Made by a program: the position numbers and the translations under genes. Shown piece by piece: positions 18,519 through 28,946 of a stretch of DNA of 64,000 nucleotides. Source of the DNA: Spirochaetia bacterium (GTDB lineage: Bacteria; Spirochaetota; Spirochaetia; SP-2023); the NCBI GenBank assembly GCA_965263295.1, contig OZ253665.1:1952001-2016000 (forward strand). The letters run 5' to 3'. Position 1 is the stretch's first letter; every line of letters begins with the position of its first letter. The notes under the pieces were generated by a model, which did no database searches, was not told the DNA's origin, and worked only from the letters and a program-made list of their open reading frames with translations.

Positions 18519-20321
18519 ATGCTGAAATCCAAGTTGAAGTCAAAGCTGAAGTCCAAGTTGAAATCAAAGTTGAAATCGAGGCTGAATCCAAACACTGATT
18601 CTTTGCTGATGGTTTTGAGGCCGGTAATGCTGCCAGCGCTGATTGCCGTCGTGATTCAAATCGTTGCCAGCCTGAGTAGCTGGCTTGTCTATCAGTCTCT
18701 GGCCGATATTACTCAGGGACTGGTGGGGGGACTACCTGCGGAGTCCGTGTATCTGGCGCTATGGTGGTTTTTGACCGGGCTCGGTTTGCAGTCCGGTCTG
18801 GGTGCGGTTGCCCTGGCGATTACCCATTTTGCAGATGCCAACCTGCAGCGCCACCTGCGTATGCGGCTTGTCGACAAGCTGGGCAGACTGCCCGCCATGT
18901 GGTTCAGCGAACGGCCCGCCGGCGATACCCGGCAGCTTATTCAGAATAACGTAGAGGCGCTGCATCAATTAGTGGCGCACAGTCTGGTAGAAGGGGTGGC
19001 CTTTGTGGTGACCCCCTTGGTAGGTCTCTGCTTCTGCCTTGCTCTCAACTGGCGGCTGGGACTCGCGGCCTGTGCGCCAATCGCGCTCTACTTCCTGCTG
19101 CTGACGTCTCTGTCGCGCGGCAGCATGCGGGACATCATGGCGCAAATCTCCACCCAGTTGGCCGGAATCAGCGGCGTCATTGTCGACTATGTTCGCGGTG
19201 TTGCCGTGCTCAAGGTATTTGGTCGCGCAGGCGAGGGTTACCAGCGATTTACCGATGCTTCACGCCGTTTTCACGACGACTTTAGCAGCCTGGTACGCCC
19301 GGCGATGAAGGCTCAGTCTGTCGCCATTATCGCCATCTCTTCCCCCGTTGTGGCGTTGCTAATGATGTTGACGGGAATCTGGGGAGTGGAAAGCGGCACG
19401 ATGAGGGCCACAGAAATCATGGTCGCTACGCTGGTGGCGATGCTGCTGCCTGCCTCAATTATGACGGTGGCGCTGGCCAAGCAGTTGCTGAATACCGCCC
19501 TTGTGGCGGCAACCGATATGCAGACATTCCTCAATCAGGAGGAGCTCCCTAGCTTTACAGAGCCGGTTTCGCTGGGAGGAGGAGAGCTAAGCCTGCGGGA
19601 TGTGGGATTTTTCTATGGTGAGAAGGCGATTCTGCGAGAGATCAATCTGACTCTTCCCGCTGGCAGCTTTACGGCATTAGTCGGGCCTTCTGCAGCGGGA
19701 AAGACTACGCTGGCGCGCTTGCTCGCTCGCCAGCAGGATGTGACCAGTGGGCAAATTTGCATCGACGGACACGACATTCGACAGATACCCCTGCCCCAGC
19801 TCTATGAGATGGTGGGCGTTCTTGAACAAACGCCTTCGCTGCCGGCTATTTCCCTGGCGCAAAATATCGCGCTGGGAATGGAAGAGGTGCCGCTGGCGGC
19901 GATCCGCCAGGCGGCGCGGGCGGCTCTGATTGATGAACGGATTATGGCGCTACCGCGCGGGTATGAAGCCGTACCGGGGATTGATGTGCATCTTTCAGTT
20001 GGGGAAGCGCAGCGGGTGGCGATCGCCAGGCTGATCCTTGCTGCCCGCCCAATCTTAATCATGGACGAGGCCACTTCTGCCATTGATCCGGACTCTGAAA
20101 CCGAGATCCGTCAGGCCATTGCCAATCTCGCTCGTGGACGGACAACGCTGGCGATTGCGCACCGGCTGTCGACGATTCAGGATGCGGATCAAATCGTGGT
20201 CCTCGATAAAGGTCAGTTACAAGAGCGGGGCAAGCATGAGTCGCTCTTGGCTGACGACGAGCTATACGCCCGCTTGTGGCGCGAGTTTACTGCCGAACGG
20301 CAGACGGAGGGGCTGACATGA
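18519..20321 (+). CDS. ABC transporter, fused TMD-NBD (YbtP/IrtA/MptA-like)
   Basis: GPSAAGKT, LSVGE, ILIMDEAT, IAHRL; start chosen from the GGAGAG RBS. Confidence 0.88.
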   Translation: MLKSKLKSKLKSKLKSKLKSRLNPNTDSLLMVLRPVMLPALIAVVIQIVASLSSWLVYQSLADITQGLVGGLPAESVYLALWWFLTGLGLQSGLGAVALAITHFADANLQRHLRMRLVDKLGRLPAMWFSERPAGDTRQLIQNNVEALHQLVAHSLVEGVAFVVTPLVGLCFCLALNWRLGLAACAPIALYFLLLTSLSRGSMRDIMAQISTQLAGISGVIVDYVRGVAVLKVFGRAGEGYQRFTDASRRFHDDFSSLVRPAMKAQSVAIIAISSPVVALLMMLTGIWGVESGTMRATEIMVATLVAMLLPASIMTVALAKQLLNTALVAATDMQTFLNQEELPSFTEPVSLGGGELSLRDVGFFYGEKAILREINLTLPAGSFTALVGPSAAGKTTLARLLARQQDVTSGQICIDGHDIRQIPLPQLYEMVGVLEQTPSLPAISLAQNIALGMEEVPLAAIRQAARAALIDERIMALPRGYEAVPGIDVHLSVGEAQRVAIARLILAARPILIMDEATSAIDPDSETEIRQAIANLARGRTTLAIAHRLSTIQDADQIVVLDKGQLQERGKHESLLADDELYARLWREFTAERQTEGLT

Positions 20322-22060
20322 TCGCAACATTATTACAGTTGGACGAGCGTGCGGCAGGGGCGAAATTCTGGCGATTTATCGTCTGCGTTGCGTTGGTTGG
20401 CGTTTTTCAGGGACTGGTTCTCGGTAGTTTTATTGCCGTTGTCTATGCGCTTTTCAGCGCCGACATGCACGCCGCGCTTATCGGCTGTTTGTGCCTTCTG
20501 TTGGGTTCGTCAGTTAACGGTATGCTGCAGGCCTGGGTGACTATGTGTGGCTTTAATGAGGCGATGCGCATCATCGTGGTGATGCATCATCGCCTGGGGG
20601 AACAACTGGTGGCTTTGCCACTCGGCTGGTTTACCTCCCGCGCCACGGGCTTCGCCAGCGGCGTGGCTGTTCGAGGAACGCTGTTCGTGGCGCAGACGGT
20701 AATGGACTTGCTGGTGCCGCTGATTATTAACAGCGCCACGCCGCTGACGATCGCGCTGATGAGTTTCGCGCTCGACTGGCGGATCGGGGGCATTTTGCTC
20801 GTGAGCGCACCGCTGATCTGGCTGGCGGCCCGCTGGGAGACCCGACTCAATGCGGCGGTACAAGAGCAGGTCCATGCCACGTTCCAGAAGACGGATGAAC
20901 GACTGTTGGAGTTTATTGATCATCAGATGCTGCTGCGTCAGGCTGGACTGAGCGGGCCGGGCAGTCAAGGTTACCGTCCCTTAACCGAAGCCGTTGACCA
21001 CCAGTGGCAGGCTACGGTGAAGGCTTTATGGTCCTCGGTGCGTGGGATGATTACCCAATCTACAGTGGTGCAATGCATCTATGCCTTGGTGCTAGGCGTG
21101 ACCGTGTGGCTGACGCTGAAGTCGGAACTTGAGCCAGTGTGGGCGGTTGTCCTGATCGGACTGGGCGTTCAGTTTATCGGGCCGCTGAAAATCCTCTCTG
21201 AGTTGGGCATCGCATTTAAGCGTGCGCAAATTGAGCTTAATGACGTGGTTCGGCTGATAGCGCTCCCGGCGCTGCCCGAAGCGGAGGCGCCGCATTCAAT
21301 GCCTGCCCGTTATGGCCTCTCTTTTGAACACGTTGCCTTCCGCTATGACGAAAAATCTCCCTGGCTTTTTCAGGACTTCAATCTGGAAATTGCCCCCGGC
21401 TCTCTGACGGCGCTGGTGGGGCCTTCCGGGTGCGGCAAAACCACCCTCACGCGGCTGGCCGCTCGCTTTTGGGATGTCGATCAAGGCCAAATCACGCTTG
21501 GTGGGGAGGACATTCGCCAACTGCGCCATGCCGAACTGATGAGCGCCGTCTCTTTGGTTTTTCAGGACGTGTACTTGTTTGACGATACGCTAGAGGCCAA
21601 TGCCCGTATGGGGAATCCTGATGCCAGTGAGGCGCAGTTGACGGCGGCAGCGGAGCTGGCCTGCGTAACGGATATCGTCAAGCGGCTGCCGCAGGGATGG
21701 CAAAGCCCAGTAGGGGAAGGGGGGCAACGGCTCTCTGGCGGTGAGCGCCAGCGAGTCTCCATTGCCCGCGCGTTATTAAAGGATGCGCCCGTATTGCTGC
21801 TGGACGAAGCCACCGCCGCGCAGGATCCGCTGACGGGAATGGCGATTGCCCGCGCCATCAATGCCTTGAAGGAACGTGCCACAGTCATCGTCATTGCCCA
21901 TCAACTAAATACGGTGAAAACGGCCGACCAGATTGTGTTCATTGATGGCGGACAAGTCCGCGAGCAGGGGACGCATCAGGCGTTAATCACCCGAAAAGGA
22001 CGCTATGCCCACTTCTGGCATAGCCATATTAATATCACACCGGCCACGACGGCCACATAA
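20318..22060 (+). CDS. ABC transporter, fused TMD-NBD (YbtQ/IrtB/MptB-like)
   Basis: GPSGCGKT, LSGGERQR, LLLDEAT; ATGA overlap with the previous gene. Confidence 0.9.
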   Translation: MIATLLQLDERAAGAKFWRFIVCVALVGVFQGLVLGSFIAVVYALFSADMHAALIGCLCLLLGSSVNGMLQAWVTMCGFNEAMRIIVVMHHRLGEQLVALPLGWFTSRATGFASGVAVRGTLFVAQTVMDLLVPLIINSATPLTIALMSFALDWRIGGILLVSAPLIWLAARWETRLNAAVQEQVHATFQKTDERLLEFIDHQMLLRQAGLSGPGSQGYRPLTEAVDHQWQATVKALWSSVRGMITQSTVVQCIYALVLGVTVWLTLKSELEPVWAVVLIGLGVQFIGPLKILSELGIAFKRAQIELNDVVRLIALPALPEAEAPHSMPARYGLSFEHVAFRYDEKSPWLFQDFNLEIAPGSLTALVGPSGCGKTTLTRLAARFWDVDQGQITLGGEDIRQLRHAELMSAVSLVFQDVYLFDDTLEANARMGNPDASEAQLTAAAELACVTDIVKRLPQGWQSPVGEGGQRLSGGERQRVSIARALLKDAPVLLLDEATAAQDPLTGMAIARAINALKERATVIVIAHQLNTVKTADQIVFIDGGQVREQGTHQALITRKGRYAHFWHSHINITPATTAT

Positions 22061-22075
22061 AGGAGAGTTTTTCCA

Positions 22076-22669
22076 ATGAAAATTCAAACGAAGGAGCTGA
22101 TTACGCTGGGTATTTTCTCGGTGATTATCATCAGCATCAACATCGTGATTGGCTTGCCGACGATGTTTTCACCCATTCTGATCCCGATTGCCCGATGTCT
22201 GTGCTGTTTGATCACGGGTATCCCTTTCATGCTCTATCTGACGCGAGCGAAGCAGGGGGAATTGATTTGGCTGATGGGGCTGATCATGGGCGTAATAATG
22301 GTGCTTTTCGGGGACTACGTACTGACCCTGGCCACGGGGCTGTTGGCAGGCGTGATTGCCGACCTTATATGCCGAGCGGCGAGAAAAAACCAGAGCCGCG
22401 CTCTGGTTGTCCTCGGCTACGGCGTTTTCAATCTCTGGACTGTCGGCGGGTTACTGCCGCTGCTGTTTATGCGCGAGGAAATTGAGGCTCAGACTGCGCG
22501 ACAACTGGGGGCGGAGTATGCCCACCGTCTTATTGAACTATTTTCCGTGTCAATGGTGTGTTGGACGCTGGTGGGGATTTTTGTCTCCGGCTTGCTGGGC
22601 GGGGTAATCGGTTTGAGGATGCTCAATAAGCATTTTGTGAAGGCCGGGCTTGTCCAGAAACATGGCTGA
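22076..22669 (+). CDS. MptD-family putative ECF transporter S component
   Basis: KELITLGIF...ITGIPFMLYL...LNKHFVKAG pattern and operon context. Confidence 0.8.
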   Translation: MKIQTKELITLGIFSVIIISINIVIGLPTMFSPILIPIARCLCCLITGIPFMLYLTRAKQGELIWLMGLIMGVIMVLFGDYVLTLATGLLAGVIADLICRAARKNQSRALVVLGYGVFNLWTVGGLLPLLFMREEIEAQTARQLGAEYAHRLIELFSVSMVCWTLVGIFVSGLLGGVIGLRMLNKHFVKAGLVQKHG

Positions 22670-23384
22670 TAAGACTTTGCTGGCGCAGCGGGCCGGCGTC
22701 GTCGATGTACGCACCAATATGCTTGGGCTGCTGCTTATCAATACGTTGGTTATGACCGGCAAGGGCGGCGTTTTCCAGATGGCATGCGTTGCGGTGGTTT
22801 GTGGATTGCTGTTGCAGCAGCGTCGCTGGCGTGCCGCTGCGATACTGGCGTTCTGTATTGGCGCATTGGTGATGCTTCCGGTAATTGCCACGCTGGACGG
22901 TATGCCCGCCAGCGTGACGATGCTGCTGACGGCGCTGATGTTTACCCGTCCTTATCTGATCGCGGGTTTTATGGGGTATTACTTTATCTGCGCTACGTCG
23001 CCCAGTCTGTTGATTGCCGGAATGAATCGCCTGCGGGTGCCGCAGATGGTGATTATTCCGCTCGCCGTTATGCTGCGTTTTTTCCCGGTCATATGGGAAG
23101 AGCAGCAGGCGATTCGTGGCGCTATGCGCATGCGCGGGTTGCCGGGCCGCGGCGGCGTTCTGCTGCATCCCTGGCGTACGCTGGAGTACATTTTGATCCC
23201 GCTTATCGGTGCGGCCATACGATCCGGCGAAGCGATGTCTGCTTCTGCGCTGAGCCGTGGCTTGGGCAATCCCGTTACGCCGTCTTCGATTGTGCCGCTG
23301 AGATTCGGCGGAGCGGACCTGTTGCTGTGTCTTTTGTACGGCGGGCTGGTGGTGCTGTTTTTTTACTGCGGAAGTGTATGGTAG
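22662..23384 (+). CDS. ECF transporter T component
   Basis: LAVMLRFFP, MRMRG and LSRG motifs. Confidence 0.88.
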   Translation: MADKTLLAQRAGVVDVRTNMLGLLLINTLVMTGKGGVFQMACVAVVCGLLLQQRRWRAAAILAFCIGALVMLPVIATLDGMPASVTMLLTALMFTRPYLIAGFMGYYFICATSPSLLIAGMNRLRVPQMVIIPLAVMLRFFPVIWEEQQAIRGAMRMRGLPGRGGVLLHPWRTLEYILIPLIGAAIRSGEAMSASALSRGLGNPVTPSSIVPLRFGGADLLLCLLYGGLVVLFFYCGSVW

Positions 23385-24748
23385 ACGGCATTGTTCTCAA
23401 TCAGGTCAGCATTACGTTTCCGACTTCCGCTAGTCCGGCGCTAGATAAGGTCAGCCTCTCGATCGATCGGGGGGAGTGCGTGCTGTTAATCGGGCAATGC
23501 GGCTGTGGCAAATCTAGCCTGCTGAATCTGATTAACGGGATCGTGCCGCATGTTATTCCCGCTGAGATTACCGGTCGTATCAACATTGACGGCAGCGTAC
23601 CGATGCAGGAAAAACTCTGGCAACTGGGTCGCAAAGTTGCCACGGTCTATCAAAATCCACGTCGCCAATTTTTCTGCGCCGATCCGCTGGGAGAACTGGC
23701 ATTCGGCAGTGAGCATGCGGGACAAGACCCTGACGAGATTCTGGCGAGGGCTGCCGGTGTAGCCGAGCATCTGGGGATCACTCACTTACTGACGCGCAAT
23801 ATGTTTGCCCTCTCCGTCGGGGAGCTGCAGCGGATAGCGATAGGAGCGGGGCTGATGGACCGGCCTTCTTTTTTGCTGCTGGATGAACCAACTTCGAATC
23901 TTGATGCAAAAAGTATGGATGCGTTGATCCGGATATTGCAAATCCTGCGGGCTGGCGGTATGACTATCATGATTGCCGAGCATCGACTCTGGTTTTTGCG
24001 TGATGTGGCTGACCGCGTCATTCGCCTCTATCGCGGAAAAATCGTTGAGGATTTACCCGCCAGCCAGTTCTGGTTGCGCGATGACGCTCTACGTCATCAA
24101 CAGGGGCTGCGGGTGCTATCGAGGCCCGGAACGACCCTGTTGCCTGAGCCGCGCGCCGAAACTGAGGGGATTAGCTATTGCCATCCAGGAGAAAGAACTC
24201 TACATTTCGCGCGCGGGCACATTACGGCGCTGTGTGGTGAAAATGGGGTGGGGAAAAGTACGTTGGCCAGCAGATTGGCAGGGCTGGAAAGCACTCGCGA
24301 TAAGATACTGCTCGATGGAAAACCGTTTCCATTGCGAGAACGTTTGCGACGCGCATTTCTGGTAATGCAGGATGTGAATCGTCAACTTTTTGGCGCCAGC
24401 GTGGCGCAGGAACTGCGGATGGGACGGCATGCCGCGACCACTCTGTCTCTGGACAGAGCGATTCACGATATGGGGCTGAACGAACTCCTGGAGCTGCACC
24501 CTATGGCGCTCTCTGGCGGTCAGCAGCAGCGGGTTGTGGTGACTCTTGCGCTGCTGGAGCAGCGAGAGGTGTTTATCTTCGATGAGCCTACTTCCGGGTT
24601 AGATTATGAAGGGCTGCTGCAGGTGGTGGCACGACTGAAGCAGCTGGCGAGCACCGGCGCAGTGATGATTCTGATTACACATGATGAGGAGCTCCTCGCA
24701 CTTTGTGCGGACTATCAGATTGTGATACCGCCCGCGAACTCAGCTTAG
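23378..24748 (+). CDS. ECF transporter tandem ATPase
   Basis: two NBDs: GQCGCGKS/LSVGE/DEPT and GENGVGKS/LSGGQ/DEPT. Confidence 0.9.
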   Translation: MVDGIVLNQVSITFPTSASPALDKVSLSIDRGECVLLIGQCGCGKSSLLNLINGIVPHVIPAEITGRINIDGSVPMQEKLWQLGRKVATVYQNPRRQFFCADPLGELAFGSEHAGQDPDEILARAAGVAEHLGITHLLTRNMFALSVGELQRIAIGAGLMDRPSFLLLDEPTSNLDAKSMDALIRILQILRAGGMTIMIAEHRLWFLRDVADRVIRLYRGKIVEDLPASQFWLRDDALRHQQGLRVLSRPGTTLLPEPRAETEGISYCHPGERTLHFARGHITALCGENGVGKSTLASRLAGLESTRDKILLDGKPFPLRERLRRAFLVMQDVNRQLFGASVAQELRMGRHAATTLSLDRAIHDMGLNELLELHPMALSGGQQQRVVVTLALLEQREVFIFDEPTSGLDYEGLLQVVARLKQLASTGAVMILITHDEELLALCADYQIVIPPANSA

Positions 24749-24784
24749 GTGTGGAGAAGATAAAAAATGAAAGGTTGCGAAAGA

Positions 24785-25003
24785 GGAACCACGAAAGTGC
24801 ACGAAGACAGCGAAAGGTCACGAAAGTTAGGTAGGGGGGCCGCGGGGACGACGACGGGGAGCTGCGGGTGACAGGGAAAAGTTAAAATAGGGGCTGGATG
24901 GAGAACGGGAGCTGTGGGGGGCGTCGAGGCGGGAGGGGCGGTTTTTTAGAATTTTTCGTGTGGTTTCGTACTTTTTTGGTGTTTTTCGTGGTTAGCGGGC
25001 CAG
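24785..25003. repeat. CACGAAA/TTTCGTG element, complete, reverse orientation
   Basis: GGAACCACGAAAGTGCACGAAG...TTTTCGTGGTTAgcgGGCCAG. Confidence 0.9.
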
Positions 25004-25077
25004 GGACTTTGAGGCGTGCCACAGGCACAGCCCCAAAGATCAAGCAAGAACTATCAGAGAGTTTTGGCCACTCTTCT

Positions 25078-26904
25078 CTATTTTGATTTTGATTCCTCCA
25101 AGATAACTTTATCTTTGAATTCATGTGTACCAAAGTCTTTATAGAACCAGAAGCTCATTGGATCTTGACAAGTTTTTGGCAATGGGCCCTCGGCCTCTAA
25201 AACTAATTTGCCTTTTTCCGTTTCGCTCCATTTGAGATACCCACTCAGTTCAAACTGTTCATAATTTTTCATCCAGTTCAAGTTTTCATCTTCTTTAATG
25301 CGATGCCTCTTATCATTTTGATTATTAATCTTAATGAATATAAAAGCTTTCATGGTAATGATTTCTAACAGGCCATTCTCTGGATTAAATTTCCATTCCA
25401 TATCCTGATGCACTTTATAATTTTTATTATTATGAGTCCGCTCATACTGCCATTGCGCATCCTTTCCTTCTTTACGGTTCATATTCGGTGGAAATTTGAG
25501 AAAGCGATGAATTTTATCATTTGCATCTTCTTCAGTTCCTTTGATTAAATCATTGTTACAGAATCTCTTGCCCTGCAGATCATTTACCGTTACCGGGCGC
25601 GATTGCGGGGCAATGAATGCCGACAATTTTTTCCCTCCTTTGGTCGATGTAAAAGTGACTTTGTTGTCTATTTTTTCCACGCGGTAAGTTTTATCCGTGA
25701 AAAAGCTTTTTAACCCGTCTATTTTATCTATGTCCTTCACGCGCAGGACAAGTTTTTCAGGATCTTGCTTTCCCAGGGAGATGTAAAAATTGGATTGCGT
25801 ACTCTTGATTTTCTGAAACATGCCATTGGCTTTGCTTTTCCACAGTATGGTTTTCAAAAACAAGTGCTTAAATTTATTGACTTGTGAAGAATCAATGCTG
25901 TCGAAAGACAGGGCATACAAGACATCATCACCCTGTTCTTCCGCTTTTGTGCCCAGGGACAGGACTTGGTTTTCCTTTTCATAATATTTGCTAAAAGTTT
26001 CTTTGAATTTAGATTTCAACGTATTTTCATATTGAGCAAGCTTTGATGAAACAGAAGGAACAGTAGCAGTTTCAGTAGATTCAACTTCAGTAGTAGTAAT
26101 AGTAGTTGTTATCTCCTTAGCTACTGTTCCTTCTGTTTCGGCTTCCTCTAATACTTCAGACTCTCCTTCCTCAGTCACAGTAGTAGTGGAGGTAGCGCTT
26201 GATTCTCCTGTGGTTCCCATCCGTCCTTTTTGGCCTTTATCATCACCTTTATCTGTGGCTTCTACCCCTGACCCTTTACTGCTAGAAGTCTCAGTTTGGG
26301 TCTTGCTTTTTTGGCCTTTATCTACATCATCACCTTTTTTACTTTCTGCCTTTAAAGTTTCCCCAATTAGTTTTTGAGCAATTTCATCGGGTAGCAAATT
26401 CTCATCAGTTTTGTCGTTTACAATTGAGGTACCATCAGGCAAAATCAATTGGGCGCTGATTTCTATGCCTGATATCTTTTGGAGGTTCAGTTCTTCTACC
26501 GGGAAGCCTGACGGCATTGTCTTCGACAGAGTAAATTCGGCTTTATTCTCTTCTGTAACTTGCTCTTTGTCACACGTGTATATTTTTGACGTGCCTTTTT
26601 TGCGCAGGCCCCACTCAATTTTGCACCCATCCCAGATCTTTTGGTTGACGATGCGCTTATCTTCAGGTTGATGGCTATCGTAGACAAGCTCGCCGTCTTT
26701 CTCAAATTTGTCGACAATGTAGACTATCGACTGCTCTGATGCATTAGTAAAAGCCTGGCTTTCGATATCTTTTTGTTTAATGTGAAAAACACTCTTGGGG
26801 ATTCCTTTGTGTTTTGCAGTGTCATCACAGCCTGCAAGTAGCAGGAGAGTCAGCATATATATGCTGAACTTTCTTGTTTTCCCCCAAATGTTTTTGGTCG
26901 ACAT
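25078..26904 (-). CDS. lipoprotein of unknown function with a T/E/S/K-rich linker
   Basis: lipobox LAGC, 608-aa ORF. Confidence 0.8.
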   Translation of the reverse strand: MSTKNIWGKTRKFSIYMLTLLLLAGCDDTAKHKGIPKSVFHIKQKDIESQAFTNASEQSIVYIVDKFEKDGELVYDSHQPEDKRIVNQKIWDGCKIEWGLRKKGTSKIYTCDKEQVTEENKAEFTLSKTMPSGFPVEELNLQKISGIEISAQLILPDGTSIVNDKTDENLLPDEIAQKLIGETLKAESKKGDDVDKGQKSKTQTETSSSKGSGVEATDKGDDKGQKGRMGTTGESSATSTTTVTEEGESEVLEEAETEGTVAKEITTTITTTEVESTETATVPSVSSKLAQYENTLKSKFKETFSKYYEKENQVLSLGTKAEEQGDDVLYALSFDSIDSSQVNKFKHLFLKTILWKSKANGMFQKIKSTQSNFYISLGKQDPEKLVLRVKDIDKIDGLKSFFTDKTYRVEKIDNKVTFTSTKGGKKLSAFIAPQSRPVTVNDLQGKRFCNNDLIKGTEEDANDKIHRFLKFPPNMNRKEGKDAQWQYERTHNNKNYKVHQDMEWKFNPENGLLEIITMKAFIFIKINNQNDKRHRIKEDENLNWMKNYEQFELSGYLKWSETEKGKLVLEAEGPLPKTCQDPMSFWFYKDFGTHEFKDKVILEESKSK

Positions 26905-27189
26905 AAGCTTGCCCCCTTAAATTCAAAATAGATATCCCCGAAGTAGATATCCCAAAGGGCAAAAATCCGACGCAAAAACCGGGCAGGCAAAATACCAACG
27001 ATATTTATTCCACATTGTTTGCAATGCATTTTGAGTTTCGATTTTCGATGAAATACCATTTTGAATTGTCATTTGAAATTTGCTTGTGGTATTAACCACT
27101 GATAAGTATAATTTACTAAAAATCTATATTTTAATCAATATTTTTTTAAATAAAAATTGTTATTTTTCATTATTTTCTATTTATAACCG

Positions 27190-27577
27190 GCTTAAAATAT
27201 CCATTCATGCAGACTGCGATAATCCGGCTCAGCGTGTTGTTGTAATGCTTAGCAGCTTGAGTCAATCAGGAAGAAATAGAATTTTTGTCATCGCCGACGT
27301 GGAATCTTCAAAGTCTGTGTTGCCTCGGTTTGCCTTGCTGCGTGGGCGGCAAGCGGTTATGATACCGAGGCTATGAGCTAGTGGCTTCAGTTTGCTAGCC
27401 GGCAGACTGGCAGATTTAAATAAAGAAACGGGACAAAGGGCGCTGCGGGGAGCAGCTGGCAGTGAATAACCGGAATAAACAAGAATGTGCGGCTATTACG
27501 GGCTCTTTGTGCCGGAGGATGAAGGAGTTCTCCATATGGACAATTTGGACAGTGGCATTCTGGTGGCCCAATGTTAA
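27190..27577 (+). pseudogene. possible decayed ORF of unknown family
   Basis: GC-richer patch between AT-rich DNA; one frame is interrupted by three stops. Confidence 0.25.
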
Positions 27578-27578
27578 A

Positions 27579-28931
27579 ATGAATACGCAAGCTAATAAAA
27601 TAGAATTTAAAAAGTTTCCTCAAACAAAGGGAAATGTGAAATTTAGGGAATCGTTGTTACGTGAATTATTTTATGTCGCAAAGTTAGAAACGATATTATT
27701 AGTACTTTTAAATTTGATTTCATTTTTTTCCCCTCTAATTTTTATATATGTGATATCTCAAATCATCCAAGGTAATATTTATTATCGTAATAACGATTCA
27801 GCCATAATATTTGCTATTTTATGTGTGTTATTTAAGTATCTTTCTAGTATGGCCAGTTTGTTTACAGAGATAAAAATATCAAAGCTTATATGCTTTAAAT
27901 ATATGGGTATGATTTTAAATAGTCAAAACTCAGTTTCTATTGATAAAAAGCTAAAAGTATCTTCTTTTGATCTTAATATAATTTTAGACAATTTGAGTCG
28001 AGCTATACAGTTTTATACTTCCCCTCTGCTTATACTGTTTATATCTATTTACTTCTTTTTATCAGAAGGATTGCTTGGTTTATTTATTATTATATTAGTA
28101 TTCATATTCATACCTATCACGCTATTATTATCAAAAAAATCAAATCAAAACTATCAACGAGTGATGGACTTGACTTCTACTCGGATTGAAAATTTTAAAT
28201 CTTGGCTTCGTTATGCTCCATACAAATTACAGTTAGGTATGGTAGATACTGAGTTAAAGGAACATTCTGAAATAGCAAAAAGAGAAGTTAAATGGAGAAA
28301 CTTTGACACTATCATAAGAGGAATCGATGGATATATCATTGCTTTTGGGAGAATTATTCCTTTCGCTATCTTGATGTTTCTCGACTACATTCATCCAAAT
28401 TCAGGAGTGTATACATCATTTATATGGTTTTCCATACCAATATTACAAGTTATATTGTCCATTCCAAGCTCATATACATACAATAAAGCAGCTAATAAAT
28501 CTATTCAAGAGATAAATATTGTTTTACGTCAAGCTTATATAGATAAAGTTGGGGCAAATAATAACGAAAGTTTGGTTCTCGATGTCGATTGGCCAATATG
28601 GCGTGGTCAATTAAAAGCACTAGTGCCTGACTTAGAGCATGTAGAGAAAAGCTTTCTGATAGATTTATTATCAGCAGCTAGACTAATTCCTGAATTTGGA
28701 GAAAGTATAGATGCGGCATTAGAAAAAATTATTGACCTAGATGGAAAAAATATATCCAAAGGTCAACTTTTAAGATTGCAGATATTCAGGGGATGTGTAT
28801 TGGCTTATTTAAATAATCAAAAGCTCTATATTGATAATCAATTTTTTAGTTTAGATATGATGGTAAAAGAAAATCTATTAGAATTTTTAAATAACAATAA
28901 ATATATTAAAATATCAATCACTAAAAATTGA
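27579..28931 (+). CDS. ABC-exporter-like TMD plus partial NBD (signature and D-loop only)
   Basis: hydrophobic helices, GKNISKGQLLRLQIFRG, YIDNQFFSLD; no Walker A; start uncertain. Confidence 0.65.
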   Translation: MNTQANKIEFKKFPQTKGNVKFRESLLRELFYVAKLETILLVLLNLISFFSPLIFIYVISQIIQGNIYYRNNDSAIIFAILCVLFKYLSSMASLFTEIKISKLICFKYMGMILNSQNSVSIDKKLKVSSFDLNIILDNLSRAIQFYTSPLLILFISIYFFLSEGLLGLFIIILVFIFIPITLLLSKKSNQNYQRVMDLTSTRIENFKSWLRYAPYKLQLGMVDTELKEHSEIAKREVKWRNFDTIIRGIDGYIIAFGRIIPFAILMFLDYIHPNSGVYTSFIWFSIPILQVILSIPSSYTYNKAANKSIQEINIVLRQAYIDKVGANNNESLVLDVDWPIWRGQLKALVPDLEHVEKSFLIDLLSAARLIPEFGESIDAALEKIIDLDGKNISKGQLLRLQIFRGCVLAYLNNQKLYIDNQFFSLDMMVKENLLEFLNNNKYIKISITKN

Positions 28932-28946
28932 TTTTGTAGGCCTCAA

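Noticed and set aside
22784..23377. 198-aa N-terminal extension of the ECF ATPase, and similar extensions at 18378, 31349, 46526, 52187 and 58003
   Set aside because: They overlap neighbouring genes or regulatory DNA; better starts lie downstream
24835..24870. G-quadruplex in the element spacer
   Set aside because: G-tracts are present but not conserved in number or spacing among copies
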